A stretch of 64,000 nucleotides of DNA from Bacteroidota bacterium (GCA_041191405.1 JBEEOW010000017.1:10317-74316); one strand, 5' to 3'; counted from the stretch's first letter, positions 17,875-28,569 are shown. The notes: generated by a model not told the origin, from the sequence alone. Numbers and translations are program-made.

Positions 17875-20076
17875 ATGCTCCGTAACGTAGTAACGAAATC
17901 GTTAACACTTAATGATGGGAGAACAATAACACTTGAAACAGGAAAGTTGGCAAAACAAGCTGATGGTTCAGTTGTTCTTCGTTGTGGAAACACAATGTTG
18001 CTTGCAACTATAGTTTCAAATGTAGATGCTAAAGAAGGTATAGATTTCTTGCCTCTTTCTGTTGATTATCAAGAAAAGTTTGCATCTGCAGGTCGTATAC
18101 CTGGAGGATTCCTTCGTCGTGAAGGCAAATTAAGCGATCACGAGGTTCTTGTTTCTCGTTTAGTTGACCGTGCACTTCGTCCACTTTTCCCTGAAGATTA
18201 TCACTCTGATACTCAGGTGATAATTACTTTAATTTCTGCTGATGCAGAAGTTTTACCTGATGCTTTGGCTGCATTGGCAGCATCTGCTGCAATTGCAGTT
18301 TCTGATATTCCTTTTAATGGTCCAATTTCAGAAGTTAGAGTTGGTAAGTTAGATGGTAAATTAATCATTAACCCAACATCTTCTCAATTAAAAGATTCTA
18401 CTATTGATATGATTATTGCAGCTTCGGCTGACAATATTTTGATGGTTGAAGGTGAAATGAAAGAAGTTGCAGAAGAGGAAATGATTGAAGTTATAGCATT
18501 CGCTCATGAAGCAATCAGAGAGCAAATCAAACTTCAAATCGAACTGGCTGAAGCTGTAGGCGTGAAAGAAAAACGCACTTACTGTCATGAAACAAATGAT
18601 GAAGAACTTAGAGAGTTCATCAATAAAGAGTTTTATGATAAAGTGTTGGCAGCTGCTCGTTTGTGTCACAACGACAAAAACTTAAGAAAAGAAGTATTAA
18701 ATGCTCCGTTTAAAGAATATGTAGCTTCTTTACCAGAAGATCATACTGTTAATTTAGACTTAGCTAAAAAATATTATGGCGACGTAATTTATGAAGCATC
18801 AAGAAACTTGGTGTTAGAATATGGCGTTCGTTTAGATGGTAGAAAAACTGAAGAAATTCGTCAGATTACTTCTGAGGTTGATTATTTACCTTCTCCACAT
18901 GGTTCAGCTTTATTTACAAGAGGCGAAACTCAGTCTCTAACTACTGTTACTTTAGGTACTAAGTTAGATGAACAAATGATTGATTCTGCAATGTTTAATG
19001 GAACAAGTAATTTCATTTTACATTACAATTTCCCATCATTTAGTACAGGAGAAATAAAACCAAATCGTGGTCCAGGTCGTAGAGAGGTAGGGCATGGTAA
19101 CCTAGCTTTACGTGGATTAAAAAATGTATTGCCAACAGGCGATGACAATCCATATACAATTCGTGTTGTTTCTGATATTTTAGAGTCGAATGGTTCGTCG
19201 TCAATGGCAACTGTTTGTGCAGGAACGCTTGCATTAATGGATGCTGGTGTTAAAATTAAAGCACCAGTTTCAGGAATTGCAATGGGATTAATCCTAAATG
19301 AAAAAACAGGTAAATATGCAATTCTTTCAGATATCTTAGGTGATGAAGATCATTTAGGTGACATGGACTTTAAAGTTGTTGGTACTGCTAATGGTATTAC
19401 AGCTTGTCAAATGGATATCAAAATCAATGGTTTATCATTTGAAGTTTTAAAAGAAGCTTTACACCAAGCAAAACGTGGTCGTTTACACATCTTAAATGAG
19501 ATGGCTAAAACTATCACTGAGCCAAGAGAAGACATGAAAGCGCATGCTCCACGTTCAATTAAATTGAGAGTTGAGAAAGAGTTTATTGGTGCTATCATTG
19601 GGCCTGGAGGTAAAATTATTCAAGATATTCAAAAAACTACAGGAGCAACTGTTGTTATAGAAGAAATTGATAACGTAGGTGTTGTAAGTATTTTTGCTAC
19701 AAGCAAAGATGCGATGAATGCAGCAGTGAAACGTATCAAAGATATTGTAGCAATTCCTGAAGTTGGCGAAACTTACGAAGGTGTAGTTAAAGCTATTCAA
19801 GCATTTGGCGCATTTGTTGAGTTTATGCCTGGAAAAGATGGTTTATTACATATCTCAGAAATTAAATGGGAAAGACTTGATTCTATGGAAGGTGTACTTG
19901 AAATAGGAGAAAAAGTTAAAGTTCAGTTAGTTGAGATAGATAAAAAAACGGGTAAATATCGTTTATCAAGAAAAGTTTTGTTGCCACGTCCTGAAAAACC
20001 AGCATCGGCAGAAAAAACAAGTACTGACGAACAAGCTGCACCTGCAGCAAGCAAATTTACAAGACAAAATCCTTAA
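17875..20076 (+). CDS. pnp: Polyribonucleotide nucleotidyltransferase (PNPase)
   Basis: 733 aa. Two RNase PH domains, KH ([16 protein letters not shown]) and S1 ([20 protein letters not shown]). Confidence 0.97.
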   Translation: MLRNVVTKSLTLNDGRTITLETGKLAKQADGSVVLRCGNTMLLATIVSNVDAKEGIDFLPLSVDYQEKFASAGRIPGGFLRREGKLSDHEVLVSRLVDRALRPLFPEDYHSDTQVIITLISADAEVLPDALAALAASAAIAVSDIPFNGPISEVRVGKLDGKLIINPTSSQLKDSTIDMIIAASADNILMVEGEMKEVAEEEMIEVIAFAHEAIREQIKLQIELAEAVGVKEKRTYCHETNDEELREFINKEFYDKVLAAARLCHNDKNLRKEVLNAPFKEYVASLPEDHTVNLDLAKKYYGDVIYEASRNLVLEYGVRLDGRKTEEIRQITSEVDYLPSPHGSALFTRGETQSLTTVTLGTKLDEQMIDSAMFNGTSNFILHYNFPSFSTGEIKPNRGPGRREVGHGNLALRGLKNVLPTGDDNPYTIRVVSDILESNGSSSMATVCAGTLALMDAGVKIKAPVSGIAMGLILNEKTGKYAILSDILGDEDHLGDMDFKVVGTANGITACQMDIKINGLSFEVLKEALHQAKRGRLHILNEMAKTITEPREDMKAHAPRSIKLRVEKEFIGAIIGPGGKIIQDIQKTTGATVVIEEIDNVGVVSIFATSKDAMNAAVKRIKDIVAIPEVGETYEGVVKAIQAFGAFVEFMPGKDGLLHISEIKWERLDSMEGVLEIGEKVKVQLVEIDKKTGKYRLSRKVLLPRPEKPASAEKTSTDEQAAPAASKFTRQNP

Positions 20077-20106
20077 TACTTTTTATTACAAGTATTACAA
20101 AAATAA

Positions 20107-20970
20107 ATGAGGCAGCTTAAGATAAGTAAACAAATTACCAACCGTGAGAGTCAATCGCTTGACAAATACTTACAGGAAATTGGTAAAGTAGATTTGTTAA
20201 CACCTGATGAAGAGGTAGATTTAGCAAAACGAATAAGAGATGGGGACCAGTTGGCTTTAGAGAAGTTGACCAAAGCCAATTTAAGATTCGTGGTTTCTGT
20301 AGCTAAACAGTACCAAAATCAAGGTTTATCTCTAGGTGATTTAATTAATGAAGGAAACTTGGGTTTGATTAAAGCAGCTCAACGTTTTGACGAAACTCGT
20401 GGTTTTAAGTTTATTTCTTATGCCGTTTGGTGGATTCGTCAGTCTATTCTTCAAGCTTTAGCAGAGCAATCTCGTATTGTACGTCTGCCATTGAATAGAG
20501 TAGGTTCTTTAAATAAAATCTCTAAAACTTTCTCAGAACTAGAGCAAAAATTCGAGCGTGAACCATCACCAGACGAGCTTGCTGAAGTACTTGAAGTATC
20601 AACTGCAGAAGTTGTAGATACTTTGAAAATCTCAGGCCGTCATGTATCAATGGATGCTCCATTTGTTCAAGGTGAAGAAAACAGTTTGTTAGATGTTCTT
20701 GAAAACGATAGTGAAGATAAACCTGATTCAGCATTAATTAACGACTCATTACGTCGTGAGGTGCAAAGAGCTTTATCTACATTAACACCAAGAGAGGCAG
20801 ATGTAATTACATATTACTTTGGTTTGAATGGAGAGCATTCAATGACATTAGAAGAGATTGGAGAGAAATTTAATTTAACTCGTGAGCGTGTACGTCAGAT
20901 AAAAGAAAAAGCTATTCGTCGTTTACGTCATACAAGTAGAAGCAAAGCATTAAAAGCTTACTTAGGTTAA
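20107..20970 (+). CDS. rpoD: Primary RNA polymerase sigma factor (Bacteroidota-type RpoD/SigA)
   Basis: 287 aa. Regions 2-4 are clear: [56 protein letters not shown]. Confidence 0.93.
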   Translation: MRQLKISKQITNRESQSLDKYLQEIGKVDLLTPDEEVDLAKRIRDGDQLALEKLTKANLRFVVSVAKQYQNQGLSLGDLINEGNLGLIKAAQRFDETRGFKFISYAVWWIRQSILQALAEQSRIVRLPLNRVGSLNKISKTFSELEQKFEREPSPDELAEVLEVSTAEVVDTLKISGRHVSMDAPFVQGEENSLLDVLENDSEDKPDSALINDSLRREVQRALSTLTPREADVITYYFGLNGEHSMTLEEIGEKFNLTRERVRQIKEKAIRRLRHTSRSKALKAYLG

Positions 20971-20995
20971 TATCTAAGTGTTTTTGAAAATACAA

Positions 20996-21029
20996 AAGGC
21001 TTCTCAATCCATATTGAGAAGCCTTTTTT
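20996..21029 (+). terminator. Rho-independent terminator after rpoD
   Basis: Perfect 13-bp stem AAGGCTTCTCAAT/ATTGAGAAGCCTT, 4-nt loop, T-tract. Confidence 0.85.
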
Positions 21030-21162
21030 AATGAAATTCTAAGTCATTTTATTAAAATTGTTAAAGGTTGAAAATTTTCAAAAATAAATTTTCCAAACTA
21101 CTTTATAAACTTTAAAAAAATGATTTAATTGCTAATCAAAACTGAAAAACTCGTCGGAAGTT

Positions 21163-21474
21163 ATGAGCGATTTAAAAGATGATTTCGAATTAGAAGATTC
21201 GGCCTTATATGCAAATTATGATGCATTTAAAACCTTAGTAGATGCTGGATTAACAAGAGCTGAAGCTCTTGAAAGAGTTGGTTTAACCGCAGCTGAGCTT
21301 AAAGAATTAGAAGATGAAGAAGCTTCTCTTGAATTTCAAGATGAATTTAAAGATGAAGTTTGGGAGGATGGAGATGATTTTGATGATGAGTGGGGATCGG
21401 AAGGTGAAGACGAGTTTGGAGAAGATGACGAATTTGGTGGTAGCGGCGGAGGTGGCTACGACGATTTTGATTAA
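21163..21474 (+). CDS. Hyper-acidic small protein of unknown function
   Basis: 103 aa. The C-terminal half is almost entirely D/E/F/G/W (EDGDDFDDEWGSEGEDEFGEDDEFGGSGGGGYDDFD). It has its own terminator at 21547-21578. Confidence 0.55.
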   Translation: MSDLKDDFELEDSALYANYDAFKTLVDAGLTRAEALERVGLTAAELKELEDEEASLEFQDEFKDEVWEDGDDFDDEWGSEGEDEFGEDDEFGGSGGGGYDDFD

Positions 21475-21546
21475 TTCTGATTAGTATTTTGCAATCAAAG
21501 TATTATCTTTGTAAAAGCAAACAAAAATATATTATAGAATTATAGA

Positions 21547-21578
21547 AAACGGTTAAAACTTAACCGTTTTTTTTATTG
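21547..21578 (+). terminator. Rho-independent terminator
   Basis: AAAACGGTTAA-AAC-TTAACCGTTTT followed by TTTTTATT. Confidence 0.8.
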
Positions 21579-21608
21579 TGCTGACATTAAATAAATTATA
21601 AGAATATT

Positions 21609-22091
21609 ATGGCAAAGTTTACCTATTACACAGAAGAAGGATTGGCTAAGTTAAAAGAAAAATTACATCATTTAACTACCAAAGGGAGGTCAGATATGGC
21701 AAAACAAATTGCTGAAGCTCGTGATAAAGGTGATTTAAGTGAAAATGCAGAATACGATGCTGCTAAAGATGCGCAAGGCTTATTAGAGTTAGAGATTTCA
21801 AAATTAAATGAAGTTATTGCTAATGCTAGAGTAATAAATGAAGCTGAAATTGATACATCTAAAGTTTCAATTCTTTCAAAAGTAAAGATTAAAAATATTG
21901 CAAACGGCGCTACTGTAGTTTATTCACTTGTTGCTGAAGAAGAAGCTGATTTAAAACAAAATAAAATATCTGTTAAATCTCCATTCGGACAAGGTTTACT
22001 TGGTAAAAAAGTTGGAGAAACAGCTGAAATTAAAGCTCCTGCTGGCGTTGTTAAATTCGAAATTCTTGAGATTAGCTTGATGTCTAACTAG
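21609..22091 (+). CDS. greA: Transcription elongation factor GreA
   Basis: 160 aa. ARDKGDLSENAEYDAAKDAQ signature and a C-terminal FKBP-like domain. Confidence 0.93.
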   Translation: MAKFTYYTEEGLAKLKEKLHHLTTKGRSDMAKQIAEARDKGDLSENAEYDAAKDAQGLLELEISKLNEVIANARVINEAEIDTSKVSILSKVKIKNIANGATVVYSLVAEEEADLKQNKISVKSPFGQGLLGKKVGETAEIKAPAGVVKFEILEISLMSN

Positions 22092-22119
22092 TTCAGTGTT
22101 TAGTGTTCAGAGTTTTTCA
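22092..22119. repeat. GT-rich heptamer tract starting at the base after the greA stop
   Basis: TTCAGTG TTTAGTG TTCAGAG TTTTTCA. Confidence 0.65.
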
Positions 22120-22137
22120 AAAAAATATAACTATTAA

Positions 22138-22179
22138 CTCTTAACCCTAAATTCTTAACCCTAAACTCTTAACTTAAAA
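22138..22179. repeat. G-free AC-rich heptamer/14-mer tract ending at the HIT-gene ATG
   Basis: CTCTTAA CCCTAAA TTCTTAA CCCTAAA CTCTTAA CTTAAAA, i.e. a 14-mer repeated three times. TAA triplets at 22142, 22148, 22156, 22162, 22170 and 22175 cover all three frames. Confidence 0.7.
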
Positions 22180-22571
22180 TGTCTTCTATATTTTCTAAAA
22201 TTATTGCTGGAGAAATTCCTTGTTATAAAGTTGCTGAAAATGATAACTTTATTGCTTTTTTAGATGTAATGCCATTAGTACCTGGGCATGTTTTGGTAGT
22301 ACCTAAAAAAGAAGTAGATTATATTTTTGATTTAGATTCAGAAACGTATCAAGGTTTATGGAATTTTGCTCATACTGTGTCGCATGCAGTAAAAAAAGCA
22401 ATTCCATGTAAAAGAGTAGGGGTAGCAGTAATTGGCTTAGAAGTGCCTCATACACATATTCATTTAGTACCTTTGAATGGGATTGATGATATAAATTTTA
22501 CCAGACCTAAATTAAAGTTAAGTCCGGAGGAAATGAATAAAACCCTTGAAAAAATAAAAGCTTGTTTATAA
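22179..22571 (+). CDS. HIT (histidine triad) family protein
   Basis: 130 aa. PLVPGHVLVVPK and the triad HTHIHLVP. Confidence 0.9.
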   Translation: MSSIFSKIIAGEIPCYKVAENDNFIAFLDVMPLVPGHVLVVPKKEVDYIFDLDSETYQGLWNFAHTVSHAVKKAIPCKRVGVAVIGLEVPHTHIHLVPLNGIDDINFTRPKLKLSPEEMNKTLEKIKACL

Positions 22572-22588
22572 AACAAGCTTTTATTTTT
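22556..22588 (+). terminator. Rho-independent terminator overlapping the HIT stop codon
   Basis: AAGCTTGTT-TATAA-AACAAGCTT followed by TTATTTTTAT. Confidence 0.7.
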
Positions 22589-22658
22589 ATAATATCTAGT
22601 ATTCGGTATTTAAATTTTATTTTTTTAATTTATATTGTATAAAAATTACTTGGTTATA

Positions 22659-23213
22659 ATGGAAGATATTATTTTAGACGAAATTCCAAATGAAAAACAA
22701 ATGGAGTATGCAGGTTTTTGGGTAAGAATATTAGCTATGATTGCTGATTTTTTTATTCTTCTTGCAATAATGTTTATGCTATCTATACTTTTTTTATTTT
22801 TCGGGCTGACTTCTGTTCCGTTAAAAGAGGTATTTAGTGGGTATGCTAGTTTTTTGAAATTTATGTCATTGTCTTCTTTAGGGATATTTGGGAATATTTT
22901 ATCAGTTGTTTTTACAATTACAATTGCTACAATGTTTGATATTTCAAAATGGCATGGTACTCCAGGTAAACATTTTTGTGGTGTTCAAATAACTGAAATA
23001 AAATCCAATGAACCAATATCATTGAATACTTCTATATTAAGGAACGTAATAAAAAATAGTTCATCAATTTTAGCTCTTGTTCCTGTATTTGGTGCATTAA
23101 GTGGTTTAGCAGGAATAGTTTTGTTTTTTGGTTTTTTTGCTTGTGCATTTACTTCTAAAAAACAAGCTCTTCATGATATTTTGGCAGGAACAACGGTAAC
23201 TTATAGATATTAA
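22659..23213 (+). CDS. RDD family membrane protein
   Basis: YAGFWVRILAMIADFFIL... and C-terminal KQALHDILAGTTV match the RDD domain. I prefer the ATG at 22659 to the track's TTG at 22635. Confidence 0.7.
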   Translation: MEDIILDEIPNEKQMEYAGFWVRILAMIADFFILLAIMFMLSILFLFFGLTSVPLKEVFSGYASFLKFMSLSSLGIFGNILSVVFTITIATMFDISKWHGTPGKHFCGVQITEIKSNEPISLNTSILRNVIKNSSSILALVPVFGALSGLAGIVLFFGFFACAFTSKKQALHDILAGTTVTYRY

Positions 23214-23704
23214 AGTTTTAGATACGAATAGATGTCAAAATCATTTAACAAGATGTTGATATCTATATTTTTAGTGATTACTTCAGTATTGGGTCCGTAA
23301 TGTTTATTTGCTATTTGTGTCAAATAGATGAAATTACCTAATATTTCAAATTTGAAATCTGTATCATAAATATTATTTCCTCCACCCCAATTTGTAGAAA
23401 TTGAAAATCCGTTTTGAGTTTCAATTATTTTTGAAATTGAAAAATTTTTAACTTCTATATCTGCAATAGGAAGTTTTATTGAGTTGATAATTTTATTTTC
23501 TTGGAGAATAATTATTTGGCTTGTGAGTATAGAATCATTAGTATATTTGGAATATAGTATTGTAGTTTTTGGGTAAGCGATATTTGAACTTTTTAAAGTT
23601 AAATATGAAATAGTATCAGTTTTAAATATAGTTGTTTGTCCTTTACATAAAAGAGAAGCGAATATAGATATCGCTAGGAAAATAGCTTTATTTAATTTTT
23701 TCAT
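23210..23704 (-). CDS. Hypothetical secreted protein
   Basis: Signal peptide MKKLNKAIFLAISIFASLLCKGQ. I recognise no family. Confidence 0.5.
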   Translation of the reverse strand: MKKLNKAIFLAISIFASLLCKGQTTIFKTDTISYLTLKSSNIAYPKTTILYSKYTNDSILTSQIIILQENKIINSIKLPIADIEVKNFSISKIIETQNGFSISTNWGGGNNIYDTDFKFEILGNFIYLTQIANKHYGPNTEVITKNIDINILLNDFDIYSYLKL

Positions 23705-23745
23705 ATCAAATTATGAATTGATAGTTTTTGTTGTTTATTTAAACC

Positions 23746-23775
23746 AAAAAAAGCTTGTCCTAGAACAAGCTTTTT
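23746..23775. terminator. Bidirectional hairpin terminator after the OmpA-family gene
   Basis: AAAAAGCTTGT / ACAAGCTTTTT stem flanked by an A-run and a T-run. Confidence 0.7.
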
Positions 23776-23799
23776 AATAATGATATTATGATTTGAATA

Positions 23800-25734
23800 T
23801 TATTTTATTTCAACATCTATTCTATTATTTTCATTCAAATCTTTAGTATTTAGAGGCTGTACATTTCCTGCAGGTTTGTATGAAAGCCTCGTTGCTAAAA
23901 TTCCTTTAGATTTTAAATAATCAACAACTGCTTTTGCTCTTTCCTCTGAAAGTTTCATGTTGGATTCAGCGTCTTTTTCAGTAAAGCAATGAGCTACTAT
24001 TTGTATTTTCATTGATTTATGACTTGTCATAAGAGTGATTATTTTTCCTAACTCTATACTGCTTTGCTCTTCTTTAATTTTTGATTTTCCATCTTCAAAG
24101 AAAATGTTGTATAAAGTTGATTTATGACCCGATTTTGGAATTTCCATAAAAATTGAATCTGTTATCAATTGAAAGCTTTTGCTACTTGGTACATTAATAT
24201 TTCTTGACGAGAATAAATGTTTAGCAGCATCAAATTCAAATCCATAATCTTTTCCAGGTTGTAGTACTACAAGGAATTTACCTGTTGAGCTGTTTGATGA
24301 AGTTGTGGCAATAACTTTATCTGTGGCTTCATCAACGATTGTTATATTGGCTCCAATTGGTGTTTTACTTGTTGCATCTTTTATTTTTCCACGATACACT
24401 ACTAAATGTGAAGCTTCGTTAGTTTTAGGTAAGGATAAAACAAAAATATCTTCTTCTCCAAGTGAACCTTCTCTTACTGATGAAAAATATGCTCTTAAAC
24501 CATCTGCAGACCATGATATAAATGTTTCATCAGCATAGGTATTGATTGGGTATCCTAAATTTTCTACTTCAGAAACTACTGAACCATCAACAGGATTAAT
24601 TTCAACATCAAATATGTCGAATCCTCCCATTGAATTTAATCCTTTTGAACTAAAGTATAAGTGTTTCCCATCAGCATGAATAAATGGTGATTCTTCATCG
24701 TATGAAGAGTTAACTTTAGGTCCTAGGTTTATAGGTGTTCCCCATTCTCCTTTTTCATTTAATTTACTCATCCAAATATCTAATCCTCCTTGACCTCCTG
24801 GTCTATCTGAACTAAAAAATAATATTCTACCATCAGGAGTTATAGAACATGAATTTTCATTAGTAGTTGGTAGGTTAATTACACTTCCTAAACTTTTTGG
24901 AGCTAACCAGCCTTTTCCTTTTAGGTCACTTACATACAAATCTCCCAGACCTTTGCTGTTTATGATATGAATAAATATTTGTTGACCATTTGGAGAAATT
25001 CCCACTGCTGCGTCGTGTGATGGAGTATTTATTGTTGGTCCAATGTTTTTTGGAGCGCCCCAAGTGGTGTCGTTTTTCTTTTCAACAATGTAAATATCTT
25101 CGTAATATTTTGAATCGTGATCGTCAAGTTGTCCTCCTGTACTTCCTTGTCTTCTTGACGTAAATATCATTGTATTCTCATCTGCAGAAACTAAAGGCAT
25201 GTAGTCAGCAGCTTTGGTATTGATACCCTTTCCTAAGTTTTTAATTTCAACTTTTACTGGTTTTTTTACAAGTTCTTTACCATTCTGGCAATTTTCAATG
25301 AGTCGTTCTGTGGTTGAAATTGCTTTATCTTTGTCTTTTAGAGTAGCTTTGTATTTTTCAAATGCAGCAATTGCTTCATCAAATTTATTTACTGATTGGC
25401 AAGCTAAACCTAATTCAAGATTTAGTGTTTTTTCATCATAATTTGCATCAGAAGCTACTTGTAGATATGAAACAGCTTTATCTGGTCGTTTAATTTTTAT
25501 ATAAACTTTTCCTAATAAATAGCTGATTTCTGGGTGTTTAGGTTGAAGTTTATCAGCTTGGGTTAAATATTTAATTGCTTGGTCATATTCATCTATATCA
25601 AGATGCCCTTCTCCTGTATTAACTAGTTCTTTTACTCCTTTTTCGTATTCAGGAACATTACTTTTCTTTTGCGCTACAACAATTGTTGATAACAAAAGAA
25701 ATATGATTGCGAGGATATTTTTATTTCTTTTCAT
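23800..25734 (-). CDS. OmpA-family protein with TPR, TolB-like (PD40) beta-propeller repeats and C-terminal OmpA domain
   Basis: 644 aa. Signal peptide, TPR-like N-terminus, repeated PD40 motifs (FTSRRQG, FFSSDRPGGQGGLDIW, YFSSKG, YFSSVREG) and an OmpA-like C-terminus (LSEERAKAVVDYL...NRIDVEI). Confidence 0.8.
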   Translation of the reverse strand: MKRNKNILAIIFLLLSTIVVAQKKSNVPEYEKGVKELVNTGEGHLDIDEYDQAIKYLTQADKLQPKHPEISYLLGKVYIKIKRPDKAVSYLQVASDANYDEKTLNLELGLACQSVNKFDEAIAAFEKYKATLKDKDKAISTTERLIENCQNGKELVKKPVKVEIKNLGKGINTKAADYMPLVSADENTMIFTSRRQGSTGGQLDDHDSKYYEDIYIVEKKNDTTWGAPKNIGPTINTPSHDAAVGISPNGQQIFIHIINSKGLGDLYVSDLKGKGWLAPKSLGSVINLPTTNENSCSITPDGRILFFSSDRPGGQGGLDIWMSKLNEKGEWGTPINLGPKVNSSYDEESPFIHADGKHLYFSSKGLNSMGGFDIFDVEINPVDGSVVSEVENLGYPINTYADETFISWSADGLRAYFSSVREGSLGEEDIFVLSLPKTNEASHLVVYRGKIKDATSKTPIGANITIVDEATDKVIATTSSNSSTGKFLVVLQPGKDYGFEFDAAKHLFSSRNINVPSSKSFQLITDSIFMEIPKSGHKSTLYNIFFEDGKSKIKEEQSSIELGKIITLMTSHKSMKIQIVAHCFTEKDAESNMKLSEERAKAVVDYLKSKGILATRLSYKPAGNVQPLNTKDLNENNRIDVEIK

Positions 25735-25832
25735 TTTTAGGATTAATAAAAATTAATATTTAGGGTATTAATACTTCAAAGATATTGATTTTGCATTATT
25801 TTTTATTGGTTTAATGCAAAAAAAACTTTTTT

Positions 25833-26336
25833 TTAAAACAACATTCCTTTTAAATATTCAAGATTGATGTTTGGGTCAAGTATTTCTACCTGAGATTCTT
25901 GATAAAATTTAATTCTTTCGGCTAATTTTTCATTAATAAATACTTCGATTTCACTAGCAGATTTCCCTTTGAGCATGGGTCTGTGTTCGTTATTTGCTTT
26001 TGTTAATCGATTTGCAATTTCTTTAGCTGAAATATTTAAGAAAATTGTTGAACCTTGTTTGTTCATAAATTCCATATTGTCAAAAAAACATGGAGTACCT
26101 CCACCTGTTGCTATTACAATATTGGTTTGGTTTTCAGAAGCTTGGTGTAAATATTTTTTTTCAATTTCTCTGAATAAATTTTCACCACCTTCTTCAAATA
26201 TTTGTGGAATAGATTTATTGGTTTCAGAAACGATATATTCATCTAAATCTAAAAATGGATATTTAAATTTTAGTGCAAGTTGACGTCCGAAGGTTGATTT
26301 ACCAGCGCCTGTCATTCCAACAAGATAAATTTTCAT
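25833..26336 (-). CDS. aroK: Shikimate kinase
   Basis: 167 aa. Walker A GMTGAGKST, then FLDLDEYI and ATGGG motifs. Confidence 0.9.
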   Translation of the reverse strand: MKIYLVGMTGAGKSTFGRQLALKFKYPFLDLDEYIVSETNKSIPQIFEEGGENLFREIEKKYLHQASENQTNIVIATGGGTPCFFDNMEFMNKQGSTIFLNISAKEIANRLTKANNEHRPMLKGKSASEIEVFINEKLAERIKFYQESQVEILDPNINLEYLKGMLF

Positions 26337-26361
26337 ATTTTTTTAGTTTAAATGATGTAAA

Positions 26362-27339
26362 CTAGTTTCCTTTTTTCTTAAAAGCAATAAAAGCTATCCA
26401 AGATAATACCCAAAGAATTAATATACCAATACTTTGGATACCATGTGCAACTGCAGCGAATGGGGCAGCTTGAATATGAGTCATTCCGAAGATGATAAGT
26501 CCTTCAGTAACAAATGTGTGAAATGTACCAACACCGCCTGGGGATGGCAAAATCATTCCTAAGCTTCCCATAGTAAATATTACTAAAATAACATCTAAAC
26601 CAAATACGGATGTTTGAGTAAATGCTTTAAATAAACATAATGTGCCACCATAATACATTACCCAAATTAATGATGAATAAAATATAAATAATGGAATGTT
26701 TTTTACATTTTTAAAACTAAGTATTCCACTTAATAAACCTTTGAAAAAGTTTATTATACCATTATATACTTTTGTAAATAATTCTTTTTTAGTAAAATAT
26801 AAAATTGTTCCTATAATTAATATTGCAAGAAATCCAATTTGATAATAATTTATACCTGTATCGGCATTTACTTTAGCTGGAGCATTTAAACGTGCAGAAA
26901 TAAAATTAATTACAGTATCTTTTTCAACCCAAAGCGTAAGTAAAATTACTGCTACCATGAATAATAAATCCATCAGTCTTTCAGCAAGTACAGTTCCCAT
27001 GTTATTTTCAATGGGTATATCTTCTTCTTTGGTTAAAATAGCACATCTCGAAACTTCTCCTAATCGAGTTACAGCCATATTAATAGCATAACCTGACATT
27101 ACAGCGTAAAATGAAGTTGAAACTGCTGGAGTTTTACCAAGTGGACCAAGCAACATTCTCCATCGCATGGCTCTAGCCCAATGTGCAAAAAATGCGGTAA
27201 TTATACATGCTATAACCCAATAGATGTTAGCAGCTTGTAATTGTTTTATTAATGAAGCTGAATCTATATCACGATATACATACCATAATAAACCTCCGCC
27301 AAGTCCGAATGAGATGAAGTATTTTAAAAAAGTTTTCAT
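26362..27339 (-). CDS. UPF0104 / lysylphosphatidylglycerol-synthase-TM-domain (flippase-like) membrane protein
   Basis: 325 aa polytopic. RWRMLL and PSPGGVGTFH motifs are typical of this family. Confidence 0.7.
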   Translation of the reverse strand: MKTFLKYFISFGLGGGLLWYVYRDIDSASLIKQLQAANIYWVIACIITAFFAHWARAMRWRMLLGPLGKTPAVSTSFYAVMSGYAINMAVTRLGEVSRCAILTKEEDIPIENNMGTVLAERLMDLLFMVAVILLTLWVEKDTVINFISARLNAPAKVNADTGINYYQIGFLAILIIGTILYFTKKELFTKVYNGIINFFKGLLSGILSFKNVKNIPLFIFYSSLIWVMYYGGTLCLFKAFTQTSVFGLDVILVIFTMGSLGMILPSPGGVGTFHTFVTEGLIIFGMTHIQAAPFAAVAHGIQSIGILILWVLSWIAFIAFKKKGN

Positions 27340-27351
27340 AAATATTGGATA

Positions 27352-27696
27352 TTATAAACGATTATCTTCGTTAGGGAAAACCAAAGTAGGAACGTGATTT
27401 TTAGCTTCGTTTAAGTCAACAGTTCCATAAGCAATGATTATAATAATATCACCTGCCTGACATTTTCGTGCAGCAGGTCCATTCATACAAATTACACCAG
27501 AATTTCGCTCACCTTTGATTACATACGTTTCTAAACGTTCACCATTGTTTAAATTAACAACTTGAACTTTTTGATTTTCTACAAGATTGGCAGCATCCAT
27601 TAATGCTTCATCAATAGTAATTGAACCTACGTAATGTAGTTCGGCCTGTGTAATTTTTACACGGTGAATTTTTGAATATAAAACTTCAATAAGCAT
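27352..27696 (-). CDS. panD: Aspartate 1-decarboxylase
   Basis: 114 aa. [22 protein letters not shown] includes the G-S self-processing site. Confidence 0.95.
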   Translation of the reverse strand: MLIEVLYSKIHRVKITQAELHYVGSITIDEALMDAANLVENQKVQVVNLNNGERLETYVIKGERNSGVICMNGPAARKCQAGDIIIIIAYGTVDLNEAKNHVPTLVFPNEDNRL

Positions 27697-27726
27697 TATT
27701 CTACTGGGTTTACAACACCTACAAAA

Positions 27727-28569
27727 TTACACATTAAATGTTAAATTATCTATTAATCTCACATCTCCTATGTAAACTGCTATACAAATAGCTATTTTTC
27801 TGTCAGTTATAGATGGTTGGAGTAATGTTTTTGCAGATACTATTTCTAAATATTCCAACTTTATGTTTTCAAATGTGTTTAAAAAGGCAAGTGCTTTACT
27901 AATTGCATCCTCTTGATTTTGAAAAAAAGTGTATTCTTTTTGTGCAATTTGTAAAGTTTTATAAATGTTGGAAGCCAGATTTTTTTGGTCTTCAGAAAGC
28001 CTTTGGTTGCGAGACGACATTGCTAAACCATTTTTTTCTCGCATAATTTCACATCTAATAATTTCAACATCAATTGCTAAATCATTTACTAACGTTTCAA
28101 TAACAATACATTGTTGAAGGTCTTTTTCTCCGAAATAAGCTTTATGTGGGGATACAATATTTAATAGTTTTGAAACAATGATTCCAACACCGTTAAAGTG
28201 ACCTGGTCTAAATTCTCCTTCAAGAATAGTATTAAGGTATCCAAAGTCAATTGAAATAGTTGATTGAGAAGGGTAAATTTCATCAACACTGGGTAAAAAT
28301 AGAATATCACAGTTTACTGATTTTAATAATTCTGTATCTGCTTCAACTGTTCGAGGGTAAAACTGGAAGTCTTTAGTGTTATTAAATTGTGAAGGATTTA
28401 CGAAAATGCTACAAACAGTTAAATCATTTTCTTGTTTAGATTGTTGTATTAAACTAAGATGCCCTTGGTGTAAAGCGCCCATAGTAGGAACAAAACCAAT
28501 ACGTTGCCTATTATTTTTGGCGTTTGAAATACAATTTTTTAATTCGTTAATTTTCGTAAATACTTGCAT
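27727..28569 (-). CDS. panC: Pantoate--beta-alanine ligase
   Basis: 280 aa. GFVPTMGALHQGHLSL and FGEKDLQQ motifs. Confidence 0.95.
   Translation of the reverse strand: MQVFTKINELKNCISNAKNNRQRIGFVPTMGALHQGHLSLIQQSKQENDLTVCSIFVNPSQFNNTKDFQFYPRTVEADTELLKSVNCDILFLPSVDEIYPSQSTISIDFGYLNTILEGEFRPGHFNGVGIIVSKLLNIVSPHKAYFGEKDLQQCIVIETLVNDLAIDVEIIRCEIMREKNGLAMSSRNQRLSEDQKNLASNIYKTLQIAQKEYTFFQNQEDAISKALAFLNTFENIKLEYLEIVSAKTLLQPSITDRKIAICIAVYIGDVRLIDNLTFNV

Noticed and set aside
22092-22179. Heptamer and 14-mer arrays as a possible CRISPR array
   Set aside because: The units are 7-14 nt, contiguous and degenerate, with no unique spacers, and no cas genes are present anywhere in the window.
25785-25815. 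Hairpin TTGCATTA...TAATGCAA downstream of aroK as a terminator
   Set aside because: The stem is 8 bp and all-AT-rich apart from GC in the middle. The U-tract lies on the wrong side for the minus-strand transcript, so it is too weak to call.
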